From positions 114,595 through 178,594 of the forward strand of contig CAVVEA010000012.1 in assembly GCA_963747165.1 (NCBI GenBank): a stretch of DNA of 64,000 bases, read 5' to 3'. The stretch is from an uncultured Alphaproteobacteria bacterium. GTDB taxonomy: Bacteria; Pseudomonadota; Alphaproteobacteria; Rhizobiales; Xanthobacteraceae. The first letter of the stretch is position 1, and the number at the start of each line of letters is the position of its first letter. The notes below the pieces were generated by a model, which saw nothing but the letters and a program-made list of their open reading frames with translations, had not been told where the DNA came from and ran no database searches. Made by a program: the position numbers and the translations under genes. This document shows positions 31,441 to 39,562 of the stretch, one piece after another.

Positions 31441-32895
31441 ATGTCCGATATCGGCGTCGCCGAAATACCTGTCGATGAGGACGAGCGTCCGCTTCCGCCG
31501 CCCGCGGCGCCGGTCAAAAACGCGCTGGTCGAAGGTCCGATTCTGTCCACGCTGTTGTGGCTGGCGTGGCCGAACGTGGTCGCGCTCAGCGCCGGCACCT
31601 GCGTGGTCATCGCGGAGACCTCCTATATCGGCCGGCTCGGCGTCGAGTCGCTGGCCGCGATGGCGTTGGTGTTTCCGTTTGTGATCCTGACCATGACCAT
31701 GTCCGGTGGCGCGATGGGCGGCGGCGTGTCGTCGGCGATCGCGCGGGCGCTCGGCGCCGGCGACAAGGAACGCGCTTCGGCTCTGGCGGCGCATGCGCTG
31801 TTGATCGGCGCTTGTTTCGGGCTGACCTTCACACTGGGCATGCTGATCTTCGGACCCGCGCTGCTGAAACTGCTCGGCGGTCGCGGCGAGGTGCTGACGC
31901 GCGCGATCGGTTACGTGCAGATATTCTTCGGCGGCGCCGTGGTGCCGTGGCTGATGAACACGCTGGCCGCGATCCTGCGCGGCACCGGCAACATGAAGCT
32001 GCCGTCGCTGATCGTGCTCAACTCTGCGGTCTGCCAGATCGTGCTCGGCGGCATCCTCGGCCTCGGGCTCGGGCCGATACCGCAATTCGGCATGCGCGGC
32101 GTCGCCGCGGGCTCGCTGACGGCTTACTCTATCGGCGGCACCATCATGGCATGGTACATTTTCTCCGGCCGCGCGCGCGTCACGCCAAAACTCAGGGGAT
32201 TGCGGATCAAGCGCGGCATGTTCTTCGATATCCTCAAAGTGGGCGCGGTGTCCTGCTTCTCGCCGCTGCAATCGGTGCTGACGATCACCATCTTCACCCA
32301 CATGCTGGCGCAGTTCGGCACTGAAATCCTGGCCGGATACGGCATCGGCGCCCGGCTCGAATTCATGCTGACCTCGATCGCCTTCGCCGTCGGCATTGCG
32401 TCGGTGCCGATGATCGGAATGGCGATCGGCGCCAAGCGCGTCGCGCGCGCGCGACGGATCACATGGACGGCGGGCTGCGTGTCGTTCCTGTCGGTCGGCC
32501 TGGTCGGCACCGTCATTGCGATTTTCCCCGACCTCTGGGTCGAGATATTCACCAGGGATCCCGGCGTGCGCGCGGCCAGCCGGCAATATCTGTCGACGGC
32601 AGCACCGATGTACGCCTTCATCGGCCTGTCGATCTCGATGTATTTCTCCTCGCAAGGAGCCGCGAAAGTTCTGGGACCGGTGTTCGCGCAAACCGCGCGG
32701 CTGCTGTTCGTGGCCGCCGGCGGCTGGTGGCTGTCGACGCATCATGCGACCGCCGCCAACTTCTTTGCGCTGGCGGCGGCGTCGATGGTGGTGCTCGGCA
32801 CGTTGTCCGCCGCGAGCGTTCTGTTGACGCGATGGGGATCGAAGCGCGGCTCCGCCACGGAAATCGGCCCGGCGCTGTCAGGCGCCGTTGACTAG
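31441..32895 (+). CDS. MATE-family efflux transporter
   Basis: LAWP, YIGRLG...LAAMAL.FP, GGVSSAIARALGAG, LRGTGNMKLP, GYGIGARLE; about 12 TM segments. Confidence 0.9.
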   Translation: MSDIGVAEIPVDEDERPLPPPAAPVKNALVEGPILSTLLWLAWPNVVALSAGTCVVIAETSYIGRLGVESLAAMALVFPFVILTMTMSGGAMGGGVSSAIARALGAGDKERASALAAHALLIGACFGLTFTLGMLIFGPALLKLLGGRGEVLTRAIGYVQIFFGGAVVPWLMNTLAAILRGTGNMKLPSLIVLNSAVCQIVLGGILGLGLGPIPQFGMRGVAAGSLTAYSIGGTIMAWYIFSGRARVTPKLRGLRIKRGMFFDILKVGAVSCFSPLQSVLTITIFTHMLAQFGTEILAGYGIGARLEFMLTSIAFAVGIASVPMIGMAIGAKRVARARRITWTAGCVSFLSVGLVGTVIAIFPDLWVEIFTRDPGVRAASRQYLSTAAPMYAFIGLSISMYFSSQGAAKVLGPVFAQTARLLFVAAGGWWLSTHHATAANFFALAAASMVVLGTLSAASVLLTRWGSKRGSATEIGPALSGAVD

Positions 32896-32977
32896 AGCCT
32901 GTTCCGTTCCGATAGAAGCGAAACGGAAGTGCTGGTTGACCGCTTGACGCGAACCGGAAGCCGGTTCGCGTCAAGCG
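32892..32977. repeat. Composite rhizobial palindromic element (two hairpins)
   Basis: CTAGAGCCTGTTCCGTTCCGATAGAAGCGAAACGGAA followed by CGCTTGACGCGAACCGG-AAG-CCGGTTCGCGTCAAGCG. Confidence 0.7.
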
Positions 32978-33003
32978 CGCGGCAGGCCTGGCCTGGAGGC
33001 GCG

Positions 33004-33366
33004 CTATTGCGCGCCACCGAAGCCACCACCACCGAACCCGCCGGGGAAGCCGCCACCGAGCGGTCCGCCAAAACCGCCGCCGCCGTTTTGCATCATCTGG
33101 GTTGCCATCGGTCCCATGGTTTTCATCATCTGGCCGAATTTGCGCTTGCCCATCTTCGCCTTCATCATGTTCAGCATCGGCGCCATCTGGGTCATCATGT
33201 CGCCGCCGCCCGGGCCGCCTGCGCCGAAGCCGCCGCCGCCAAGACCTCCACCACCGAGGCCTCCACCGCCGAGACCCGCGAATTGCGCCTGCGCCGGCGC
33301 GGAGGTCAGCGTGAACACCAGCATCAGCGCGGCTGCCAGGCCGACCACCTTGTTATTTCCGGTCAT
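33004..33366 (-). CDS. Secreted Gly/Met-rich low-complexity protein
   Basis: Signal peptide ending APAQA, (L/F)GGGG repeats flanking a Met-rich helix; AAGGA RBS. Confidence 0.75.
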   Translation of the reverse strand: MTGNNKVVGLAAALMLVFTLTSAPAQAQFAGLGGGGLGGGGLGGGGFGAGGPGGGDMMTQMAPMLNMMKAKMGKRKFGQMMKTMGPMATQMMQNGGGGFGGPLGGGFPGGFGGGGFGGAQ

Positions 33367-33503
33367 CCTTAAAACTCCTCGCGTGCGCAGCTCCGCGACA
33401 GCGGTGCAACCCAACGCACGCAGGGAAACTAGGAAAGTACGATGGCACCATCCGTGAGAAAGATCACAGGGCACAAAAACCCGTCAGGCGGCACTGCGCT
33501 TCA

Positions 33504-33944
33504 CTAGGCTTTTTGCGTCCGATCGGACGCAAAATCCGATCCCGCTGTTGCTGATCGCGCCAGGGCCCGCTGCATGGCCAGCGCCGCCTGATCCATCTGG
33601 CTGTCCATATAGGACGCGATTTCGTGCGGCAGCACGTCGACGATCCAGATCAGCCGCGTGCGTGTATCGCCATCGGCAAGCACCTGCACCGAGGCGCTGT
33701 GTTGCTTCACCCGCTCGCTGACGACGGCATAGACCAGCCGCCGCCTGGCGTCGTCGCAATCGACCAGCAGCTCGCGCGCGACATTGCCGTTGGCGAAGGT
33801 CACGATCCGCGCATCGTCGTCGATCCGCGCGTCGAGCACGAAGCCCGGCACCAGCCGCCGATGCACTGCGCCGAAATCGCGCACCGCGTCCCAGACCTCC
33901 TCGGGATGAGCATCGATGGGAATGTCCTTGTGGATGGAAGCCAT
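33504..33944 (-). CDS. SRPBCC/polyketide-cyclase-like protein
   Basis: MASI...I.IDA.PEEVWDAVRDFG, R.VTF.NG...RE.L...DD..RRL.Y. Confidence 0.85.
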   Translation of the reverse strand: MASIHKDIPIDAHPEEVWDAVRDFGAVHRRLVPGFVLDARIDDDARIVTFANGNVARELLVDCDDARRRLVYAVVSERVKQHSASVQVLADGDTRTRLIWIVDVLPHEIASYMDSQMDQAALAMQRALARSATAGSDFASDRTQKA

Positions 33945-33986
33945 GGGCAGGAGCTTTCTGTGAGGGAACGGGGCACGGCGTTGGAC

Positions 33987-34104
33987 CGTCATTGCGAGCC
34001 ATCGGGTCGGCGCAAAGCGCCGCCCGATGACGGGCTCCGCGAAGCAATCCATGCGGCGGAACGAGCCCTTGGATTGCTTCGTCGCGGTGCTCCTCGCAAT
34101 GACG
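33987..34104. repeat. REPIN of CGTC-ATTGCG type with a nested hairpin insert
   Basis: CGTC-ATTGCGAG[insert]CGAAGCAAT-CCA ... TGG-ATTGCTTCG...CTCGCAAT-GACG. Confidence 0.85.
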
Positions 34105-34129
34105 GCCGAGAGGGCGGAATGCTAATTGT

Positions 34130-34486
34130 TCACGTACAAACCGCCTCGACGTTGTTGCCGTCGGGATCGATCAGGAACGCCGCGAAATAGGTCGGGCTGT
34201 AGTCGGCGCGCGGTCCGGCGCGGCCATTGTCCTGACCGCCGGCCTTCAATCCCTCGCTGTGGAATTTCTTGATCGCGGCGTGGTCGGGGGCACGGAATGC
34301 GACGTGGGCGCCCGCCGCCGGTCCCTGATGCGCATAAAGCCACAGCGCCGGCTCGCCTTTGGGCCCAAAGCCGGCGCCATTGTCGTCGCGCGAACTCAGG
34401 ACAAATCCGAGCGGCGCCAGTGCGGCGGTGTAGAAGCGCACGCTGGCGTCGAGATTTTTAACCTTCAATCCGATGTGGTCGTACAT
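34130..34486 (-). CDS. VOC/glyoxalase-family protein
   Basis: MYDHIGL, HVAFRA, G.R.DYSP.YFAAF..DPDGNNVEAV. Confidence 0.9.
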   Translation of the reverse strand: MYDHIGLKVKNLDASVRFYTAALAPLGFVLSSRDDNGAGFGPKGEPALWLYAHQGPAAGAHVAFRAPDHAAIKKFHSEGLKAGGQDNGRAGPRADYSPTYFAAFLIDPDGNNVEAVCT

Positions 34487-34541
34487 GATGATCTCCCTCT
34501 TCGGCGCGTGGGATCAACGCGCGCTACGGGGATCAGCCTAG

Positions 34542-35382
34542 TCAGTGCAGGGCCAGCCGTTCTTGGAAAATCTTGCGCATCCCGCGCGAGGCCTCGCGGA
34601 ACCGGCGCGGCGAGACGCCTGCGGCGCGATGGAAAGTGCGGACGAAGTTGGAGAGATCGCCGAATCCGACGTCATAAGCGATGTCGGTGATCGAGTTTTG
34701 GTCGTCGGCCAACAGCCGCGCCGCGTGGCGCAGCCGCGAACGCACCAGATATTGATGCGGGGTCACGCCGAGCACGCTTGAGAACAGCCGCAGGAAATGG
34801 AATGGGCTGATGTCGGCTTGCTTGGCGGCGTGCTCGAGATCGATGGGCCGGTGCGAATTGGCGTCGATCCACAGCGCCGTCTCCACCGCGCGGCGGCGGT
34901 CGCGGGCTGTTGCCGAGACGGGCTTTTCGCGCCGCCCCGAGACCACCTCGACAAAGCGGCTGGCGAACACCTGACCGATCTCGTCAAGGCCGATATCGCT
35001 GCGGCCGTCGGCGGTGGCCTGCGCCAGCTCGCCGAGCACCATCAGTTCGGGCAGCGGCGGCGCGGCGCCGACCCGCCAGGCCTCGGTGCGGTCGCCGATC
35101 ACCTCCACCGCCTCCGGCGTCAGAAAGAACGACAGGCACTCGTCGCCGCAGACGTGGTCGTGGGTGCAGCAAAATTCGTCGCCGGGATACCCGACCAGGA
35201 TCGATCCCGTCACCAGTTCGAATGACCGTCCCCGGTGCCGGCAACCGAAGCTGCCCTTGCGCACATAGGAAATCGAATGCGACGCGTATTGCTCCGTATA
35301 CGGCGATGTCGTCCGGCCCGGCGGCGCACCGGAACTCGGTCACGGAGATGGAGCCGTGCTGCAGCAGGGTCGTTCGCGTCAT
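34542..35382 (-). pseudogene. AraC-family regulator with a +1 frameshift near 35304-35307 (pseudogene or sequencing error)
   Basis: N-terminus [25 protein letters not shown] is in one frame; [19 protein letters not shown]...AraC HTH ([21 protein letters not shown]) is in another; 4 nt (ATCG) between them. Confidence 0.8.
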
Positions 35383-35391
35383 GATCTGGAT

Positions 35392-35970
35392 TTAGCGATG
35401 CGGACGCGGCGGCGCAACCGACAGCAGCGCATCGAAAAGCGTCGGTCCGCTCTTGGCCTTTGCCCCCTCCAGCGACAGCAGCCGGCGCTTGGAGACCACC
35501 CCGCCATTCATGGAAAAGCCGTCGGTCTCGCCCTCGGCGGCGAGCACGCGATGACAGGGCACCAGGATGGCAAAGGGATTTCGCCCGATCGCCTGGCCGA
35601 CTGCATGCGACGCGCCGGACGCGCCAAGCCGCTTGGCGAGGGCCGCGAAGGTCATGGTTTCGCCGCGCGGAATGGTGCGCGCGAACTCGTAGACGCGGCG
35701 ATTGAACGGCGGCATGCCGTGCATGTCGAGCTCGACGTCGGAAAAATCGCAGGGTTGCGCGCGCAGCAGCAAGGCAATGGCTTCGATCGCGATCTCTGCA
35801 TTCATCGATGGACGAAGCTCGCGGGCGTCGGAATATTGCCGCAGCATGCGCCGCCGGGTTTCGATCTCGCGCGCCTCGGGAAGCTGCACCGCCAAAATGC
35901 CGCCATCGCCCCACGCGATGCCGCATCGGCCGATCACCGTATCGAAAATCGCGTATCCGCGCCCCGCCAT
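35392..35970 (-). CDS. ogt: Methylated-DNA--protein-cysteine methyltransferase
   Basis: IPRGET.TF, AVGQA.G.NP..ILVPCHRV active-site motif. Confidence 0.88.
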   Translation of the reverse strand: MAGRGYAIFDTVIGRCGIAWGDGGILAVQLPEAREIETRRRMLRQYSDARELRPSMNAEIAIEAIALLLRAQPCDFSDVELDMHGMPPFNRRVYEFARTIPRGETMTFAALAKRLGASGASHAVGQAIGRNPFAILVPCHRVLAAEGETDGFSMNGGVVSKRRLLSLEGAKAKSGPTLFDALLSVAPPRPHR

Positions 35971-36113
35971 GAGTCGCTACCCCACAGGCACCATAGCACC
36001 GGCCGGAAAATGCGCATCCGGAAAAATCAAATCAGGCTAGGGTTGCACACAACCGATTACCAATCCGCTTGGCGAGCGGCAAAGTCTCGGCTAGATCAGG
36101 AGCCAGGCGACAA

Positions 36114-36187
36114 GCGGGCGTAGTTCAATGGCAGAACGGCAGCTTCCCAAGCTGCATACGAGGGTTCGATTCCCTTCGCCCGCTCCA
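36114..36187 (+). tRNA. tRNA-Gly(CCC)
   Basis: GCGGGCG acceptor stem pairs with CGCCCGC; D-arm TAGTTCAATGGCAGAAC; anticodon arm GCAGC-TTCCCAA-GCTGC; GGTTCGATTCC; encoded CCA; 74 nt. Confidence 0.97.
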
Positions 36188-36525
36188 AAGCCCCTGCGGA
36201 CAGGCATTTCTGCACAGGGCACGTACTTGGAATGAGCTGCATTTCCAGCTTGTTGTGGAAACCTCATCTGTTGAATTGATTGTGATTTTTGGCCCTTATC
36301 GGAGTGATTCCGGAAGCCAAAATGGAGACAATCCAGAAATGCAGCTATTCACGTCGCGATGTTGCGCGATTGGCGATCCGTGATTCAATGAATGTATATT
36401 AGCTGGTCCGTTCGCGTATGGCCCTACTGACTAGCGGGGCCACGTTCGAGCGGCGAATTGCCGAGCTGAATAGAAAGCTGGGTGTGTGGTCGCTACCTTC
36501 GGCGATTGATTGATGGGGGCAACGA

Positions 36526-36984
36526 ATGGCCGACGAAGACGAGAGGGCGCGTTTAGAACGCATAGTAGCCATTGCCTGTGATCACGGGGGCTTTGCCCTC
36601 AAAGAAGCCCTGAAGGTCGCTTTGCCCGATGTGAAGTGGCTGGATTTGGGCACAAATAGCGCCGATTCCGTCGACTATCCCGATTTCGCCGGCAAGCTGG
36701 CCGATGCCATCAAGGCCGGCAAGGCCGGACGCGGCATTCTGATCTGCGGATCGGGCATCGGCATTTCGATCGCCGCCAACCGCCATGCGCATATCCGTTG
36801 CGCGCTTGCGCATGATGTCACGGGCGCGCGGCTGTGCCGCCAGCATAATGACGCGAATGTTTTGGCGATGGGCGGACGGATGATCGGCGAAGCGGTGGCG
36901 AAAGAATGCGCCGAAGTGTTCTTGAGCACGAAATTCGACGGCGGTCGCCATCAAAAGCGCGTCGATAAACTGGGTTCCTGTTAG
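36526..36984 (+). CDS. rpiB: Ribose-5-phosphate isomerase B
   Basis: ACDHGG..LK, DYPD, ILICGSGIG.SIAANR, R.HNDANVL.MGGR, FDGGRHQKRV. Confidence 0.93.
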   Translation: MADEDERARLERIVAIACDHGGFALKEALKVALPDVKWLDLGTNSADSVDYPDFAGKLADAIKAGKAGRGILICGSGIGISIAANRHAHIRCALAHDVTGARLCRQHNDANVLAMGGRMIGEAVAKECAEVFLSTKFDGGRHQKRVDKLGSC

Positions 36985-37024
36985 GACAGCAAAGTTCGCC
37001 GGCAGGACGCTATCTTTCCCCATC

Positions 37025-37365
37025 GTTCGCGCGTACGGTCGTCCCGTCGAAAGACGATGGCGCTGAAACTTAGAGCGGACTGCGGGCAGACCCGGGGGCA
37101 GTACCCGGCGCCTCCACCTGAGCAGCTTGAGCTTAAAGGTCTCATTGCGGTGAGATCGATTCCGTCGCAAGGCGGAATTCCAAGGCTGCTGAGGCGGGGG
37201 CGAAACAGGATCGATGGTCGCGAAGAAGCTCTGAATTGTGCCCGGCATGATACCGCCGTTATCGGGTCAAAAACCTAAATGCAAACGATAACGTTGCATT
37301 GAACGAAGTGCGCCTCGCGGCGTAACTGTTCGGGGTTGGTCCACCTGGCAACAGAACGGCCATCG
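37025..37365 (+). ncRNA. ssrA: Circularly permuted (two-piece) tmRNA; tag (A)NDNVALNEVRLAA
   Basis: Acceptor piece: T-arm CCGGG-GGCAGTA-CCCGG plus CGCCTCC-A-CC (37092-37118). Coding piece starts GGGGGCGAAACAGGATCGA (37196). The acceptor stem has the G3.U70 Ala identity pair. Resume codon GCA at 37281 after TAAAT, TAA at 37323-25. 3' CACCTGGCAACAGAA motif. The 5' end is approximate. Confidence 0.9.
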
Positions 37366-37400
37366 CCGCGTCAGCCTTCGGGCTGGCGCGGCTTTTATTT
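37365..37400 (+). terminator. Intrinsic terminator of the tmRNA gene
   Basis: GCCGCGTCAGCC-TTCG-GGCTGGCGCGGC-TTTTATTT. Confidence 0.88.
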
Positions 37401-37501
37401 TCGAACGGCTCTCGATGGTTGTGCGGCGACTTCAATTTCGCGCGTCGTTATGCTATGCAAGTTGCATAAATGATGCAGGCACGTGGAGATAGGGGCGAAC
37501 G

Positions 37502-38074
37502 TTGACCCAGGCGATCACCGTCAACGCCAAGGCCGGCGGCGGCTGGCCGAAGATCGCCGCCGCAGGCGTGGTCACCGGGCTCCTGACGCCGCTATTGCCG
37601 CCGCTGATCGACAAGATCAACGGCTCGCCCGGCGATTTCCGGATTGCGCTGGTGGCGATCCCGTTTGCCATCCTGGTTTTTTTCCTGGTCCGCCGGCTTG
37701 GCCCAAATCCGTTATGGGCAGCGCTGATGGCCGGCATCGTCACGATGATCGCGTTCGTGTGCGCGGTGAACGCGGCGATCTGGGTCGACGGGCAAGCGTC
37801 CGGGGCCGACAAGGTGGTCCGGAATATCTGGGCCGGATTGGCCGGCGGCTTCACCGGCGCCACCGTCATGGCGCTCGGCATCTGCCTGCTGCCGGCGGGC
37901 CCGCGCGATATCGTGGCGTGGCTGCCGATGCTGGCCATGGGTACCGTCGCCGGCGCGCTGCTGGCGCTGGACAGTGCACTCGATTTCGATCTGACCTCGT
38001 TCCTCTATCCGCTCTGGCAGGCCGGCGTCGCGGTCACGCTGGCGATGGCGTTGCGGCGGAGCAGGGTTTCCTGA
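37502..38074 (+). CDS. Hypothetical multi-pass membrane protein
   Basis: TTG start after GGAG; about 6 hydrophobic segments with repeated AG..AG/GG motifs. Confidence 0.75.
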   Translation: MTQAITVNAKAGGGWPKIAAAGVVTGLLTPLLPPLIDKINGSPGDFRIALVAIPFAILVFFLVRRLGPNPLWAALMAGIVTMIAFVCAVNAAIWVDGQASGADKVVRNIWAGLAGGFTGATVMALGICLLPAGPRDIVAWLPMLAMGTVAGALLALDSALDFDLTSFLYPLWQAGVAVTLAMALRRSRVS

Positions 38075-38098
38075 CAGATTGTCCTGCGGTGGAGGCCG

Positions 38099-38482
38099 TC
38101 AGGCGCCCTTCACGTAACCTTGGGCCTCGACGATCCGTCCGTCCCGAACGCGCATCAGATTGACGCCGCGCACCGAGCTTGCGCGATCCGGTCCCCATAC
38201 CAGCCGCCATCGGATCTCGCCGCGATCGCCGCGCGCGATGATGCTCTCCGGCTCGAAATGCGCCCCCGGCATGGTGGCGATCTCTGCCCACAGCGCGACG
38301 CAGGCGGCCTTGCCCTCATGGCGCGCGCCGTCGGGCGCCGGCTGCGTGTTCTCGATGACGCAGTCGTCGGCGACCAGCACCTCGAGCGCCGCCGGATCGT
38401 GGGTGAGGAAAACCTGGTTGAAGCGCTGCAGGATCGCTTCGGTCTGCACGCTCACGGGATCGGTGAAACTGCCGCTGGTCAT
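38099..38482 (-). CDS. NTF2/SnoaL-like protein
   Basis: RFNQVF..HD..AL..LVADDCV.EN, RGVNLMRVRDGRIVE..GYVK. Confidence 0.85.
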   Translation of the reverse strand: MTSGSFTDPVSVQTEAILQRFNQVFLTHDPAALEVLVADDCVIENTQPAPDGARHEGKAACVALWAEIATMPGAHFEPESIIARGDRGEIRWRLVWGPDRASSVRGVNLMRVRDGRIVEAQGYVKGA

Positions 38483-38616
38483 CGCCGTCTCCTCGCCGGT
38501 TATATTTGTACCAACTCGCACATAATGATATAGGTGCGAAACAGTACGAAAGTCCAGCGGAAACCCCGGCGGCTTCGACCAAGCGGAGGTAACAAACGCG
38601 TGCGTGCGGCCGCGTG

Positions 38617-38934
38617 TTACGGCGCGACGGTCAGCGTCGCCTTCATGTTGGGATGGTAGCGGCAGTAATAGTCGATCGTGCCGGCCTTCTTCAAAACCTG
38701 CGTGACGGTCTTCTTCGGCGGCATCGTCACATCGAAGTCGCCGTTTCGTGCGGTGGCGGTATGGGCCAGGATATCCTTGTTGACCCATTCGATGGTGTCG
38801 CCGACGTCGGCGGAAACTTCCGCCGGCGAGAACACGAGGTTCTCCATCGTGATCTGAATCGTCGCCGCCGCAGCCGGGACGGGCGTTCCCGACAGCAACA
38901 TCATCACGATCGGGAAAGCCCATCTCGGCGTCAT
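38617..38934 (-). CDS. Cupredoxin (amicyanin/plastocyanin-like type-1 copper protein)
   Basis: Signal peptide; F.PA.V....GDTIEW.N.D..AH and YYCRYHPNM give the His/Cys/His/Met ligand set. Confidence 0.88.
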   Translation of the reverse strand: MTPRWAFPIVMMLLSGTPVPAAAATIQITMENLVFSPAEVSADVGDTIEWVNKDILAHTATARNGDFDVTMPPKKTVTQVLKKAGTIDYYCRYHPNMKATLTVAP

Positions 38935-38944
38935 CGGTGCATCC

Positions 38945-39466
38945 TCACTTCACGCTGGCGGCGACGTGCTCGGCGTGCTGCTCGTGGCCCTGGAAGATCT
39001 TCAGGCCGGTCTGCAGCAGGCTCTTTAATTCCGCATTGCTTGAGCTCGGAATAAGCGTGGTCTCGAGCGCGCCATCGACCGCCTTGTGATAGGCGACTTC
39101 GTTGGCGACATAGGCCTTGTCGAATTCCGCGCCCTTCAGCTTGCCAAGCTCGGCGAGCTTTTCGGCGGCGTTCTTCGACAAAGTGCGGCTGGTGTCGTTG
39201 TCTTCCGGCGTGACCTTAAGCTTCTTCACCAGGTCGAGCGCCTGCTTGTTCACCGCTTCATGGTCGCGCACCATGTCTTGCGCAAAGGCCTTGACTTCCT
39301 TGTTGCTGGTTTTCGCCAGCGCCTGCTTGGCCGCGGCGATATCGATGACGCCGGCGGTGTAGGCGATATGCGCGATCTGCGGATCGGTGGGCTTTGCGCC
39401 CTGCGCCAGCACGGCGCTGCCGAACAGGCTCATCGCGGCGAGCGCCGCGCTCAATCGAACGAACAT
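38945..39466 (-). CDS. DUF4142-family exported helical protein
   Basis: Signal peptide; VKAFAQDMVRDH, L.GAEFDKAYV..EVAYH, H..HA. Confidence 0.82.
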   Translation of the reverse strand: MFVRLSAALAAMSLFGSAVLAQGAKPTDPQIAHIAYTAGVIDIAAAKQALAKTSNKEVKAFAQDMVRDHEAVNKQALDLVKKLKVTPEDNDTSRTLSKNAAEKLAELGKLKGAEFDKAYVANEVAYHKAVDGALETTLIPSSSNAELKSLLQTGLKIFQGHEQHAEHVAASVK

Positions 39467-39526
39467 GATTTTGGACTCCTGTGGCGCCGGGGCGTTCACC
39501 GCGGCGCGGGGTTGCTTGCACAGGGA

Positions 39527-39555
39527 TTGGATGGCGCGCGAACCCAGAGGTTCCC
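39527..39555 (-). promoter_or_regulatory. ECF-type promoter upstream of DUF4142-cupredoxin
   Basis: Minus strand GGGAACC-N16-ATCCAA; identical motif and spacing at 40296-40324. Confidence 0.75.
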
Positions 39556-39562
39556 GAAAAAG

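Noticed and set aside
36069-36383. 104-aa ORF spanning tRNA-Gly
   Set aside because: It overlaps the tRNA and the AT-rich spacer and shows no coding signal.
37057-37278. 73-aa plus-strand ORF (and the antisense ORF 36553-37248)
   Set aside because: Both overlap the tmRNA structure and have no recognisable protein features; the RNA explains the sequence better.
36188-38100. Intact prophage or integrative element at tRNA-Gly
   Set aside because: No integrase, phage genes or duplicated tRNA 3' end (attR) could be found in the window.
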